32,000 nt of DNA from Faecalibaculum rodentium (GCF_001564455.1 NZ_CP011391.1:810001-842000), one strand, 5' to 3'; positions 7,071 through 21,335 are shown, counted from the stretch's first letter. Numbers and translations: made by a program. Notes: generated by a model not told the origin, from the letters alone.

Positions 7071-8822
7071 ATGGAAATGGTCAACATTCTGGAAGACGAA
7101 CATCTTTCCAGACTCAATCACTCAGCTGCGCATCTGATGGCGCAGGCTGTCAAGCGTCTGTATCCTCAGGCAAAATTCTGGGTCGGACCGGTGATCCGGG
7201 ATGGTTTTTACTATGACATCGATCTGGGCGGCGAGTCCCTGAAAGACGAAGACCTGCCGAAGATCGAAAAGGAAATGAAGAAAATCGCAAAAGACGGCAA
7301 GAAAATTGTCCGCCGGGAACTGTCCAAGGCCGAGGCTCTGGAACTGTTTGCGGATGATCCCTACAAACTGGATCTGATTGCCGGGCTGGAAGACGGTACC
7401 ATCACCGTCTACTCCCAGGGTGAGTTCACGGATCTATGCCGTGGCCCGCACGTGGATTCCGTGAAGGAACTGAAACACGTGAAACTGCTCAAACATTCCG
7501 GAGCCTACTGGAAGGGTGACAGCCAGAACCAGATGCTGCAGCGGATCTATGGTGTGGCCTTCGACACAAAAGAGGCGCTGGATTCCCACCTCCAGGCGCT
7601 GGAGGAAGCGAAGAAGCGCGACCACAAAAAACTGGGTCGAGAAATGAATCTGTTCACAGTCAGCGAGTATGCACCAGGAATGCCGATTTTCCTGCCGGAT
7701 GGAATGATCCTGCGCAACATTCTCGAGCAGTACTGGTATGACGAACACACGAAGGAAGGATACCGGTTCATCAAGACCCCAATCATCATGAGCCGCGAAC
7801 TCTGGGAGACCTCAGGCCACTGGGACCACTACAAGGCCAACATGTACACCACGAAAGTCGACGACCGGGATTTCGCAATCAAGCCGATGAACTGTCCCGG
7901 TGCCCTGCTGGTCTACAACAATGGTCTGCACTCCTACAAGGATCTCCCGCTGCGGATCGCCGAACTGGGTCAGGTACACAGGCATGAAGCTTCCGGCGCC
8001 CTGAACGGACTGTTCCGTGTCCGGACCTTCACGCAGGATGATGCCCATATCTTTGTGACTCCCGACCAGATCGAAAGTGAAGTGAAAGATGTGCTGGACC
8101 TCATCGACCGCATGTATGGCGTATTCGGGCTGGAATACTCCATCGAACTGTCCACCAAACCCGAGAAGGACTATATCGGCAGCGATGAAATCTGGGCTCA
8201 GAGCGAAGAAGCTCTTGCCAATGCCTGCCGCCATGCCGGCCGTGACTTCAAGGTCAACCCCGGTGACGGTGCCTTCTATGGACCGAAGCTGGACATCCAC
8301 ATCAAGGATTCCCTGGGACGCGACTGGCAGTGCGGCACCGTGCAGCTGGACATGAACCTTCCCGAGCGCTTTGAATGCACCTATGTGGATGCAGACGGAA
8401 GCCGCAAGACCCCGCTGATGCTGCACCGTGTCGTGTACGGCTCCATTGAGCGGTTTATCGGCATTCTGATTGAAAACTTTGCCGGTCATTTCCCCCTGTG
8501 GCTGGCGCCCCGGCAGCTGGTTGTGATTCCGGTTCATCAGCAGAAGCATCTGGAGTACGCACAGAAGGTCAAAAAAGCTCTGGAAGAGGCCGGTATGCGT
8601 GTGGAAGTGGATGACCGGAACGAGAAACTTGGCTATCGTGTGCGTGAAGCACAGATGACGAAGGTCCCCTACCAGATCGTTGTAGGCGACGGTGAGCAGG
8701 AAGCGGGAACTGTGACGATCCGCAAATCCGGCAGCCGCAGCTCCGAGACGATGCCCCTGGAAGAGGCTGTCGCAAAGTTCAGGCAGGAGGTTGACGAAAA
8801 ATGGCTCTTCGACAGAGACTGA
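7071..8822 (+). CDS. thrS: Threonine--tRNA ligase, 583 aa, lacking the N-terminal TGS domain
   Basis: AAGGAGG 8 nt before ATG 7071. The editing-domain motif HSAAHLMAQA begins at residue 17. Class II catalytic core and anticodon-binding region are present. The T-box terminator lies immediately upstream. Confidence 0.95.
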   Translation: MEMVNILEDEHLSRLNHSAAHLMAQAVKRLYPQAKFWVGPVIRDGFYYDIDLGGESLKDEDLPKIEKEMKKIAKDGKKIVRRELSKAEALELFADDPYKLDLIAGLEDGTITVYSQGEFTDLCRGPHVDSVKELKHVKLLKHSGAYWKGDSQNQMLQRIYGVAFDTKEALDSHLQALEEAKKRDHKKLGREMNLFTVSEYAPGMPIFLPDGMILRNILEQYWYDEHTKEGYRFIKTPIIMSRELWETSGHWDHYKANMYTTKVDDRDFAIKPMNCPGALLVYNNGLHSYKDLPLRIAELGQVHRHEASGALNGLFRVRTFTQDDAHIFVTPDQIESEVKDVLDLIDRMYGVFGLEYSIELSTKPEKDYIGSDEIWAQSEEALANACRHAGRDFKVNPGDGAFYGPKLDIHIKDSLGRDWQCGTVQLDMNLPERFECTYVDADGSRKTPLMLHRVVYGSIERFIGILIENFAGHFPLWLAPRQLVVIPVHQQKHLEYAQKVKKALEEAGMRVEVDDRNEKLGYRVREAQMTKVPYQIVVGDGEQEAGTVTIRKSGSRSSETMPLEEAVAKFRQEVDEKWLFDRD

Positions 8823-9766
8823 CAGCAGCCCTCTGTATCGGGGCTTTTCTCCTTGCGGGGTGTGCATCTGCAGGCGCCGGACAAACCGGCCAGACGGACA
8901 CAGGGGCGGATACAAAGACAGAAGACCGGACAGCAGAGTCGGTCAAGGTCCTGGTTCCCACCGGGGCCCCGGCTCTGGGAATGCTGTTTGGCACCCTGGA
9001 CAATCCGGACGTGGAACTGGACTATACAGAAGGTACAGATCTTGTCACGGCTGAGCTGGCCAAAACTGATGGCGACTATGATGTGATCGTGGCGCCAGTC
9101 AATCTGGGACTCAAAGCATATTCGGCATCCCGCACATACCAGTGTGCAGGCGTGCTTACATGGGGCAACCTGTATATGGTCGGCACACAGGAGGATGTCC
9201 TGTCCGGCCCTGACAAGGAAGTGGCTCTGTTTGGCGAGAATGCGATTCCGGGAATGGTATACAACGCGGTGGAAGCGGCCAGCGTACAGGCTCAGCCGGT
9301 CTGGTATCCCAGTGTGGCAGAAGCCAGTCAGTCTCTGCTGTCCGGGCAGAGTCAGGCAGCGCTTCTGGCGGAACCTGCAGCCAGTGCAGCCATGGCCAAA
9401 AACAGCAATCTGAAGATCCTGGCCGATCTGCAGGAGCTGTGGTATGCGCAGAAAGGCACCGATCAAAAGGGCTATCCCCAGGCAGCGCTTTTCGTGAAGG
9501 ATTCGGTCAGCGACGCTTTCCTGTCCGGAGTCCAGGAAGCTCTCTCAGCTGTGGATCCTGAAACCGGGTCTGCTGAAATGGTACAGGAAATCGAAGCAGC
9601 CGGGCCTGATGCCATTGGTGTTCCCTCACCAGAAGTGGCTGTAAAATCCTGGACACGGCAGAACATTCATTATGTGCCGGTTTCACAGGCTGCCGATGAT
9701 ATGGAAGTCTTCCTGGGTCAGCTGGGGATGAAAATTCCGGAAGGATCGCTGCGGAAATCTTCATAG
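8801..9766 (+). CDS. Lipoprotein with periplasmic-binding-protein fold (SsuA/NMT1-like ABC substrate-binding protein), orphan
   Basis: Signal peptide plus lipobox LLAGC; GGAGG 11 nt upstream. The start overlaps the thrS 3' end by 22 nt. No permease or ATPase genes are adjacent. Confidence 0.55.
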   Translation: MALRQRLTAALCIGAFLLAGCASAGAGQTGQTDTGADTKTEDRTAESVKVLVPTGAPALGMLFGTLDNPDVELDYTEGTDLVTAELAKTDGDYDVIVAPVNLGLKAYSASRTYQCAGVLTWGNLYMVGTQEDVLSGPDKEVALFGENAIPGMVYNAVEAASVQAQPVWYPSVAEASQSLLSGQSQAALLAEPAASAAMAKNSNLKILADLQELWYAQKGTDQKGYPQAALFVKDSVSDAFLSGVQEALSAVDPETGSAEMVQEIEAAGPDAIGVPSPEVAVKSWTRQNIHYVPVSQAADDMEVFLGQLGMKIPEGSLRKSS

Positions 9767-9855
9767 CAGTCACATCACCATACGAATGGATATGGAAAAG
9801 ACAGTCAGCTGAACCGTCTGGCCAGCACACAGGCAGCTGACTGACAGAGAACCTG

Positions 9856-9890
9856 CCGGGTTTTCGCATGATTGCGAAAATCCGGCTTTT
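9856..9890 (+). terminator. Rho-independent terminator
   Basis: 13-bp stem ccgggttttcgca/tgcgaaaatccgg (one G-U pair), loop tgat, then cTTTT. It is preceded by a second 10-bp inverted repeat, cagtcagctg (9802-9811) and cagctgactg (9834-9843). Confidence 0.7.
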
Positions 9891-10060
9891 CTTAATTCCT
9901 GATCTTTGCACTCGCCCTGAAACAGATTCATGTTGCCTGAAGGCATCCATCATGGATGCGGGAGGACGGTTCAGTGAAAGGAAGGACGTTTATGCGCAGG
10001 CAGCCGGAATACTGACGCGTATAATAAAAGCTGTCCGGGAGACGGACAGGAGGTACCAAC

Positions 10061-11924
<1,864 letters not shown>

Positions 11925-12128
11925 CAGCAAGTTGCAGCAGAATAAGCTGGCGTATGACCGTACTGGATCCGCAGAAAGTCAATACCTACTCATTCTGCAG
12001 TCGGGATCTGATGTTCAAAGCCGGGGATAACAACAGCCTTCTGGCTGCCAAACCTCGCGATGCTGTTCCAACCGGTCTATACACACCGTGAATCATCGAC
12101 AATCAATACAGAGTGGAGGCAAAAGACT

Positions 12129-12707
12129 ATGAAAGAAATCATTCTGGCAACCGGGAATGCCCACAAAGCCCATGAGTTCAGGGAAATGCTGCCAAATGTC
12201 AGGATCCTGACGCTGAAAGACCTGCCACAGCCGGTCACAATCGTGGAAGATGGAGAAACATTCGAAGAGAATGCACTGAAAAAAGCCAGGGCTGTATATG
12301 AAGCGACCGGCAAAGCTGCGATGGCAGATGACTCGGGAATCGAAGTGGATGCTCTGGGCGGTCAGCCTGGAGTTCACAGCGCACGATGGATGGGGGAAGA
12401 AACGCCGTATGACATCAAAAATGCCCGGCTGATCGAACTCACCGAAGGCAGGCCCAAAACCGCCAGATATGTCTGTGCCATTGCCTATGTGGACGAGAAG
12501 GGAAACGAATATGTCAACCGGCAGACAGTGGAGGGAGAAATTGCGCGTGCTCCCAGGGGGGATAACGGATTCGGGTATGACCCGGTCTTCTATTATCCGC
12601 CATTTGGCACAACACTCGCTGCAGTGAGTGAAGACAGAAAGAATTCCATCTCTCACAGAGCCAAAGCTCTGAAACAGTTTCTGGCGGATATGGGGGACAG
12701 ACTGTGA
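12129..12707 (+). CDS. rdgB: dITP/XTP pyrophosphatase (RdgB/HAM1 family)
   Basis: GGAGG upstream. Motifs ILATGNAHKAHEF, DDSGIEVDAL, GFGYDPVF and SHRAKAL are present. Confidence 0.9.
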   Translation: MKEIILATGNAHKAHEFREMLPNVRILTLKDLPQPVTIVEDGETFEENALKKARAVYEATGKAAMADDSGIEVDALGGQPGVHSARWMGEETPYDIKNARLIELTEGRPKTARYVCAIAYVDEKGNEYVNRQTVEGEIARAPRGDNGFGYDPVFYYPPFGTTLAAVSEDRKNSISHRAKALKQFLADMGDRL

Positions 12708-13222
12708 TCCACATTGTTCTGTTTCAGCCGGAAATCCCCGGGAACACAGGCAATATCCTGAGGACAGCCATGGCTTCCGGCTGCACCGTGGATCTGATCG
12801 AACCCCTTGGTTTCTCTCTGGAAGACAAATACCTCAGGCGCTCCGGAATGGACTATATCAAAGACTGTGAAATGCACCGCTATCCCGACTGGGACACATT
12901 TGAAGCGACAGTACAGGGACCAATGGTCTTTCTGACACGATATGGCAGGAAACCGCCATCGTCCTTTGACTTTACAGACGATGGAAGGAATTTGTATCTG
13001 GTGTTCGGAAAAGAAAGCACGGGTGTGGACAAGCGGATTCTGAAACGTCATCTGGATACGTGTCTGCGCCTGCCGATGATTGAAACAGCCCGGAGTCTCA
13101 ATCTTTCCAACGCTGTGGCTGTGACTGTCTATGAAGTTCTTCGACAGCGGGGTTATCCAGGACTGTCGTTCAGTGAACAGCTGAAAGGGGAATCGTTTCT
13201 TGAAGATCTGGAACTGGATTGA
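12704..13222 (+). CDS. trmL: SpoU/TrmL-type tRNA (cytidine/uridine-2'-O)-methyltransferase
   Basis: The GTG start overlaps the rdgB stop (GTGA). Motifs IHIVLFQPEIPGNTGNILRT, LVFGKESTG and SLNLSNAVAVTVYE are present. Confidence 0.75.
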   Translation: MIHIVLFQPEIPGNTGNILRTAMASGCTVDLIEPLGFSLEDKYLRRSGMDYIKDCEMHRYPDWDTFEATVQGPMVFLTRYGRKPPSSFDFTDDGRNLYLVFGKESTGVDKRILKRHLDTCLRLPMIETARSLNLSNAVAVTVYEVLRQRGYPGLSFSEQLKGESFLEDLELD

Positions 13223-13733
13223 CGGAACACTGCTCAATACCTCTTTCCGCCGCAGACAGATCCTTGGAGCCATGGTGCGTCTGTACTGGCTGTGGCAGTG
13301 TATCTGGATCGCCGTTCTGCTTTTCCGTCTGACCTCAGTGCAGTCATATGACAGCCTGTTTTCCCTGCAGGGCATCCTGGATGAATGGAACGGCAGTTTC
13401 CTTGTCAGACTGCTGTTTCAGGCAATTCAGGGTTCCCTGAATCCGATGAGAGTCCTGACGGGATCAGACACCTTCGGTCTGGTTCTGACGTTCCTGTATA
13501 TGGATTCAGGCTTGTCCGCCGGAGAGACTGTGTGGGCGGGGTCACTGACAGCCCTGCTCGTTTTTGTGTGCACGATGGCTGTCAAGGCCCTGCATGCTGA
13601 TTCGCTTTTGATGGCTGGAGATATGCTGCGCATCGCAGGAATCTGTGGAAGCGCTGTCATCTCGGTGCTTTCTGCAGTATTGATGTATTCATTTGTTTGC
13701 ATTCTGTGGAAAACCATGGACGATATCCGTTGA
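13200..13733 (+). CDS. Hypothetical integral membrane protein; start uncertain (TTG 13200 or ATG 13272)
   Basis: Four to five hydrophobic segments. It overlaps the trmL 3' end, so it probably belongs to the same operon. Confidence 0.5.
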   Translation: MKIWNWIDGTLLNTSFRRRQILGAMVRLYWLWQCIWIAVLLFRLTSVQSYDSLFSLQGILDEWNGSFLVRLLFQAIQGSLNPMRVLTGSDTFGLVLTFLYMDSGLSAGETVWAGSLTALLVFVCTMAVKALHADSLLMAGDMLRIAGICGSAVISVLSAVLMYSFVCILWKTMDDIR

Positions 13734-13927
13734 AGGGACAGGTTTTTTACAATTTCTGACGACTTCACACAATTTCCCATAAAAGCGGCAGAGACCCTTT
13801 AGGTAAAGGATTTAATCCAAAAATGCGCCTGTTTCTGCTCGTTTTTTTTGTTTGCAGCCCGATGCACAATTTGAAAGAACTTGTGACAAGTGTTATGTTC
13901 TCCATGCGAAATGAAGAGGTGAAGGCA

Positions 13928-15310
13928 ATGAAATTCGTTGAGAAACACAGCAAAATTCTAGCCGTGGCACTGTGCATCTGTGCTTCCGGCCCAATCCTCT
14001 CCACTGTTTATGCCTACGAGACACAGCCCGGCTGGCATGGTCAGGACAATGACAGGTACTATGTTCTGGAGTCCAACCGTCAGCGTGCAACAGGTCTTAC
14101 GGAAATTGATGATGAAGTATATTACTTTAACGGACAGGGAGAAATGCAGTTTGGCTGGCAGACCATATCCAACACGACCTACTATTTTGGTTCGGATGGA
14201 AAAGCTGCCAGTGGCGAAACTGCCATCCAGGGAACCAGCTATAACTTTCAGGAAACAGGATCCCTGAAACAGGGATGGTCTGAAGACGGTCAGAATTTCT
14301 TTGATGAAAAGGGATTCAAGACTTCTTCTGCCTGGGTTGACGTGGATGGAGCCAGATACTGGTTTGATGAAAACGGCAGCCGTGTGACTGGCTGGAGAGA
14401 AATAGACGGTACCCGGTATTTCTTTGGTGAGGACGGCCGGATGGTCACTGGTCAGTTCGAAGCGGATGGACAGACATTCTATGCTTCGGAAGATGGAAGC
14501 ATCCGCAGCGGCTGGTTTGATCGGGATGGTGTGAAAGCCTATTACAATGAAGACGGATCCAAAGTCGTGAATGCTGTGCAGGAAATTGACGGGACCACAT
14601 ATGGTTTTGATGAGAACGGGAATGTCCTTGTCAACACAGAAAAAGATGGATACGTATTTGATGAAACAGGTGCAGGAACTGTGATTGCTCCGGAAGAAGT
14701 ACCGGCTGCACCAGAGCAGACACCGGCTGATATGCCGGTGGAAGCACCGTCTGTACCGGCAGAAACTCCTTCGGCGCCTGTTGAAGTTCCGACAGCCCCG
14801 GAAGAAACACCCGTAAACCCTGAGGTGATGCCTTCGGCCCCCGAGCAGACACCGGTACAGCCGGAGGAAACACCGGTGGTGCCTGAACAGACACCCTCTG
14901 CACCCGAGACACCGGCTGTGCCGGAAGAGATCCCGTCCGCTCCGGTTGAGACTCCGTCTGAACCGGTACAGCCCGAAATTCCTTCAGTACCGGAAACCGA
15001 TACGAACAAGGCTTCTGCCATTCTGGCTGCAGCCATGGGTCAGCTTGGAGTCAACCAGGACTGCACCATGCTGGTGACCAATGCACTGCGCGCAGTTGGA
15101 ATCAATTTCCATGGATGGCCCAGTGATTATGCTGCACTCGGGTCTTGGACATCTGCACCGGTGCCGGGAGATATCATTATTTACAGTGGTCATGTTGCCA
15201 TTTATGCCGGCAATGGTCAGGCTGTACATGGTGGCTGGAATGGATACCAGACGGTTCTGGCTTCTGTAAACTGCAGTACGTCTCTGATTGGTTACATTCA
15301 CGTAGCCTGA
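13928..15310 (+). CDS. Secreted cell-wall hydrolase: signal peptide, cell-wall-binding repeats, Pro-rich linker, C-terminal NlpC/P60-like cysteine peptidase
   Basis: GAGGTGA 6 nt before ATG 13928. Signal peptide is MKFVEKHSKILAVALCICASGPILSTVYA. About 10 GW/YYF-type repeats of roughly 20 aa. The C-terminal domain has a candidate Cys (QDCTMLV) and His (GHVAIYAG). Confidence 0.8.
   Translation: MKFVEKHSKILAVALCICASGPILSTVYAYETQPGWHGQDNDRYYVLESNRQRATGLTEIDDEVYYFNGQGEMQFGWQTISNTTYYFGSDGKAASGETAIQGTSYNFQETGSLKQGWSEDGQNFFDEKGFKTSSAWVDVDGARYWFDENGSRVTGWREIDGTRYFFGEDGRMVTGQFEADGQTFYASEDGSIRSGWFDRDGVKAYYNEDGSKVVNAVQEIDGTTYGFDENGNVLVNTEKDGYVFDETGAGTVIAPEEVPAAPEQTPADMPVEAPSVPAETPSAPVEVPTAPEETPVNPEVMPSAPEQTPVQPEETPVVPEQTPSAPETPAVPEEIPSAPVETPSEPVQPEIPSVPETDTNKASAILAAAMGQLGVNQDCTMLVTNALRAVGINFHGWPSDYAALGSWTSAPVPGDIIIYSGHVAIYAGNGQAVHGGWNGYQTVLASVNCSTSLIGYIHVA
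14030..14686 (+). repeat. In-frame tandem cell-wall-binding (choline-binding type) repeats
   Basis: Recurrent pattern G-W-x(3-6)-Y-[YF]-F-x(2)-[DN]-G-x-M-x-x-G in the translation. Confidence 0.7.
14687..14998 (+). repeat. In-frame degenerate Pro/Glu/Thr-rich repeats (linker)
   Basis: About 15 imperfect units of the P-E-(E/Q)-T-P-x-x-P type (APEQTP, VPAETPSAP, QPEETPVVPEQTPSAPETP and similar). Confidence 0.8.
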
Positions 15311-15324
15311 CAGTAACAATTGGG

Positions 15325-15347
15325 AAAAGGCCTGCCGGCCTTTTTTT
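15325..15347 (+). terminator. Rho-independent terminator
   Basis: aaaaggcc tgcc ggcctttt hairpin followed by T7. Confidence 0.85.
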
Positions 15348-15491
15348 CTGTTTTGAGGACTAATGAAATGAAAAAATTCTGTTCTGGTTTCCCGGATGCG
15401 TACAGGTTTAGAGAACCTTCAGAAATCCAAAGGGCTTTTTTAGATTTTTTGTAAGACAAACATGGTAAAGTATGTGAAAGGGGGAAGAAAC

Positions 15492-15869
15492 ATGGACAAG
15501 TCGTTGGGAAAAAAATCCAGTGTTGTATTCGGAATTCTGGCACTGATTCTTCTGGCAGGCGTTTGCGGTTCTCTGCTTCTGAAAGCCCCGGAGGCAGCTG
15601 GGGGACCTCTTCAGACAAATGCGGCAGCTGCTGTCACATTCGAGCCAGGAAACTATACTGCACAGTTGAACGTGGATATTCTGGCAGTGCCTGAATCGGG
15701 GGCAGCCACGATTGGCAGGCTTCAGAAGTCGGCACAGTTCAAAGTATTTGAGATCCGGCAGCAGGGAGATTCGTGGTATGGCAAAATTGCTGAAACCGCG
15801 GATAACTGGGCTCTTCTGAAGGATGAAAAAATCAATTATGCCATCATGACTCCACAGGAAGGTGCCTGA
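15492..15869 (+). CDS. Small membrane-anchored protein with an SH3b-like domain
   Basis: GGGGGAAG 6 nt before ATG 15492. It has an N-terminal TM anchor. The C-terminal pattern (LNVDILAVPESGAATIGRLQKSAQFKVF...GDSWYGKI...NWALL) resembles bacterial SH3 domains. Confidence 0.6.
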   Translation: MDKSLGKKSSVVFGILALILLAGVCGSLLLKAPEAAGGPLQTNAAAAVTFEPGNYTAQLNVDILAVPESGAATIGRLQKSAQFKVFEIRQQGDSWYGKIAETADNWALLKDEKINYAIMTPQEGA

Positions 15870-15891
15870 GGTATTGATCGGACAACAGTCG

Positions 15892-15912
15892 GCCGGATTC
15901 TTCCGGCTTTTT
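15892..15912 (+). terminator. Rho-independent terminator
   Basis: gccgga ttct tccggc hairpin followed by T5. Confidence 0.8.
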
Positions 15913-16325
15913 GCGTTCTATCAGCCTCCGGGACAATGCCCGGGCACAGGATCAGTAGGGGATCGTTTGGAGAGCGGATCAGACTCATGTATACACGATA
16001 TAATGCTTCAATATATATGTGATGCCTCAGTTAATAAGGAAGATCGTATGGGATGTCTATGAGGACTCTGGCAGTTTGTTGAGGATCCAGGTCTTATCCC
16101 CGAACTCAGGGAAACTGGCAGAATACAGATGCAGAAACTGCTGCAGGTGGTTGGATAAGGGTGGACGTCTGGCTGATCTGGCGGAGTGTTCCCTGGGGCT
16201 GGTTATAAAATTCGAAATATTTCTTGCGATCAACCGACAAGAGTGATATATTTACTAAGCCGCAATTGATTTGGATAAATCAACAAGTCATAACATAAAA
16301 AAGAATAAAAAGTTCAAAAAATGTG

Positions 16326-16354
16326 TTGACAGACTCTTGCGGATGAGTTAAGAT
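16326..16354 (+). promoter_or_regulatory. rrn operon 1 promoter P1 with an A/T-rich UP-like region upstream
   Basis: TTGACA (16326-16331), 17-nt spacer, TAAGAT (16349-16354). It is preceded by aaaaagaataaaaagttcaaaaaa. The element is identical in rrn copy 2. Confidence 0.7.
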
Positions 16355-16382
16355 ATAAGAGTGCTGAGGGGCACAGGCGGGC

Positions 16383-16412
16383 TTGACAGCCGGACCGCTC
16401 ATTCAGTATCTT
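16383..16412 (+). promoter_or_regulatory. Possible second rrn promoter P2
   Basis: TTGACA (16383-16388), 18-nt spacer, TATCTT (16407-16412). The sequence is conserved in copy 2. Confidence 0.4.
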
Positions 16413-16475
16413 TGAAAAGCTTGTGACTTCATCAGAAGCTGCAGGCGATGGAGGCATCTGTCATGGGTGCTGACG

Positions 16476-16489
16476 CTCTTTGAAAACCG
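16476..16489 (+). promoter_or_regulatory. boxA-like antitermination element in the rrn leader
   Basis: ctCTTTGAAAACCG resembles boxA (E. coli TGCTCTTTAACAA). The same 12-mer CTTTGAAAACCG recurs in the 16S-23S spacer. Confidence 0.5.
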
Positions 16490-16588
16490 GACAGGAAAAA
16501 CGAAGTAAATACAAGACGATACAACGTCGATTCTTTGAACCTGAAAAACAATCATGAACACAAGACGCAAAGCGTCTGAGTACAGATC

Positions 16589-18126
<1,538 letters not shown>

Positions 18127-18204
18127 AGGAGAAAGTACAGGGGAAAAGGAAAAAGAGCAGAGTGGTTCCTGTCCGGTTTTGGAAGAGTGTCTTCCAGGGT
18201 CGAT

Positions 18205-18216
18205 CTTTGAAAACCG
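18205..18216 (+). promoter_or_regulatory. boxA-like element in the 16S-23S spacer
   Basis: CTTTGAAAACCG is identical to the leader copy at 16478-16489. Confidence 0.45.
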
Positions 18217-18358
18217 TACAACGATATGAAAGACAACAGAAGGTCTGAAGTAAAGTTGTGGAGAAATAGAAAGAAACTGAGAGAAAGAAAAGAACAGAGA
18301 AGAAACAGTTCTGAGAAAAATATCTCGAAGAAAGCACGAAAAACGTTTGAGAGAATCA

Positions 18359-21240
<2,882 letters not shown>

Positions 21241-21335
21241 TAGAAAGAAGCCCGCAGCTTTGCGGAAAGACAGGAAACGAAAGACATATCGTGTATGGTT
21301 TTCAGGGAGCGACCTGGAAGAGATGATTCCGGAAG

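Noticed and set aside
9905-9913. tttgcactc resembles one half of the CIRCE/HrcA operator upstream of groES.
   Set aside because: The required inverted half (GAGTGCTAA) 9 nt downstream is absent; the sequence there is cagattcat. It is not a functional-looking CIRCE and is reported only as the absence of the operator.
11925-12128. A roughly 200-nt gap between groEL and rdgB, examined for a terminator, sRNA or riboswitch.
   Set aside because: I could find no stable hairpin with a U-run, no conserved riboswitch core and no clear promoter. It may simply be an untranslated spacer, and the tracked ORF 11459-12091 is out of frame with groEL and implausible.
14687-14998. Repetitive DNA considered as a possible CRISPR, VNTR or non-coding tandem repeat.
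   Set aside because: The repeats are degenerate, have no spacer-repeat periodicity, and lie in frame inside a continuous ORF encoding a Pro-rich linker.
15913-16243. A roughly 330-bp gap before rrn operon 1. A minus-strand open frame (...RRPPLSNHLQQFLHLYSASFPEFGDKTWILNKLPESS, stop near 16060) begins exactly at the rrn repeat boundary. Tracked + strand ORFs lie at 15862-16062 and 16019-16246.
   Set aside because: This could be a 3' gene remnant truncated by rrn duplication. However, there is no ATG start, no ribosome-binding site and no family I recognise, and the + strand ORFs look equally unconvincing. The evidence is insufficient to call a pseudogene; a TBLASTN or BLASTX search would settle it.
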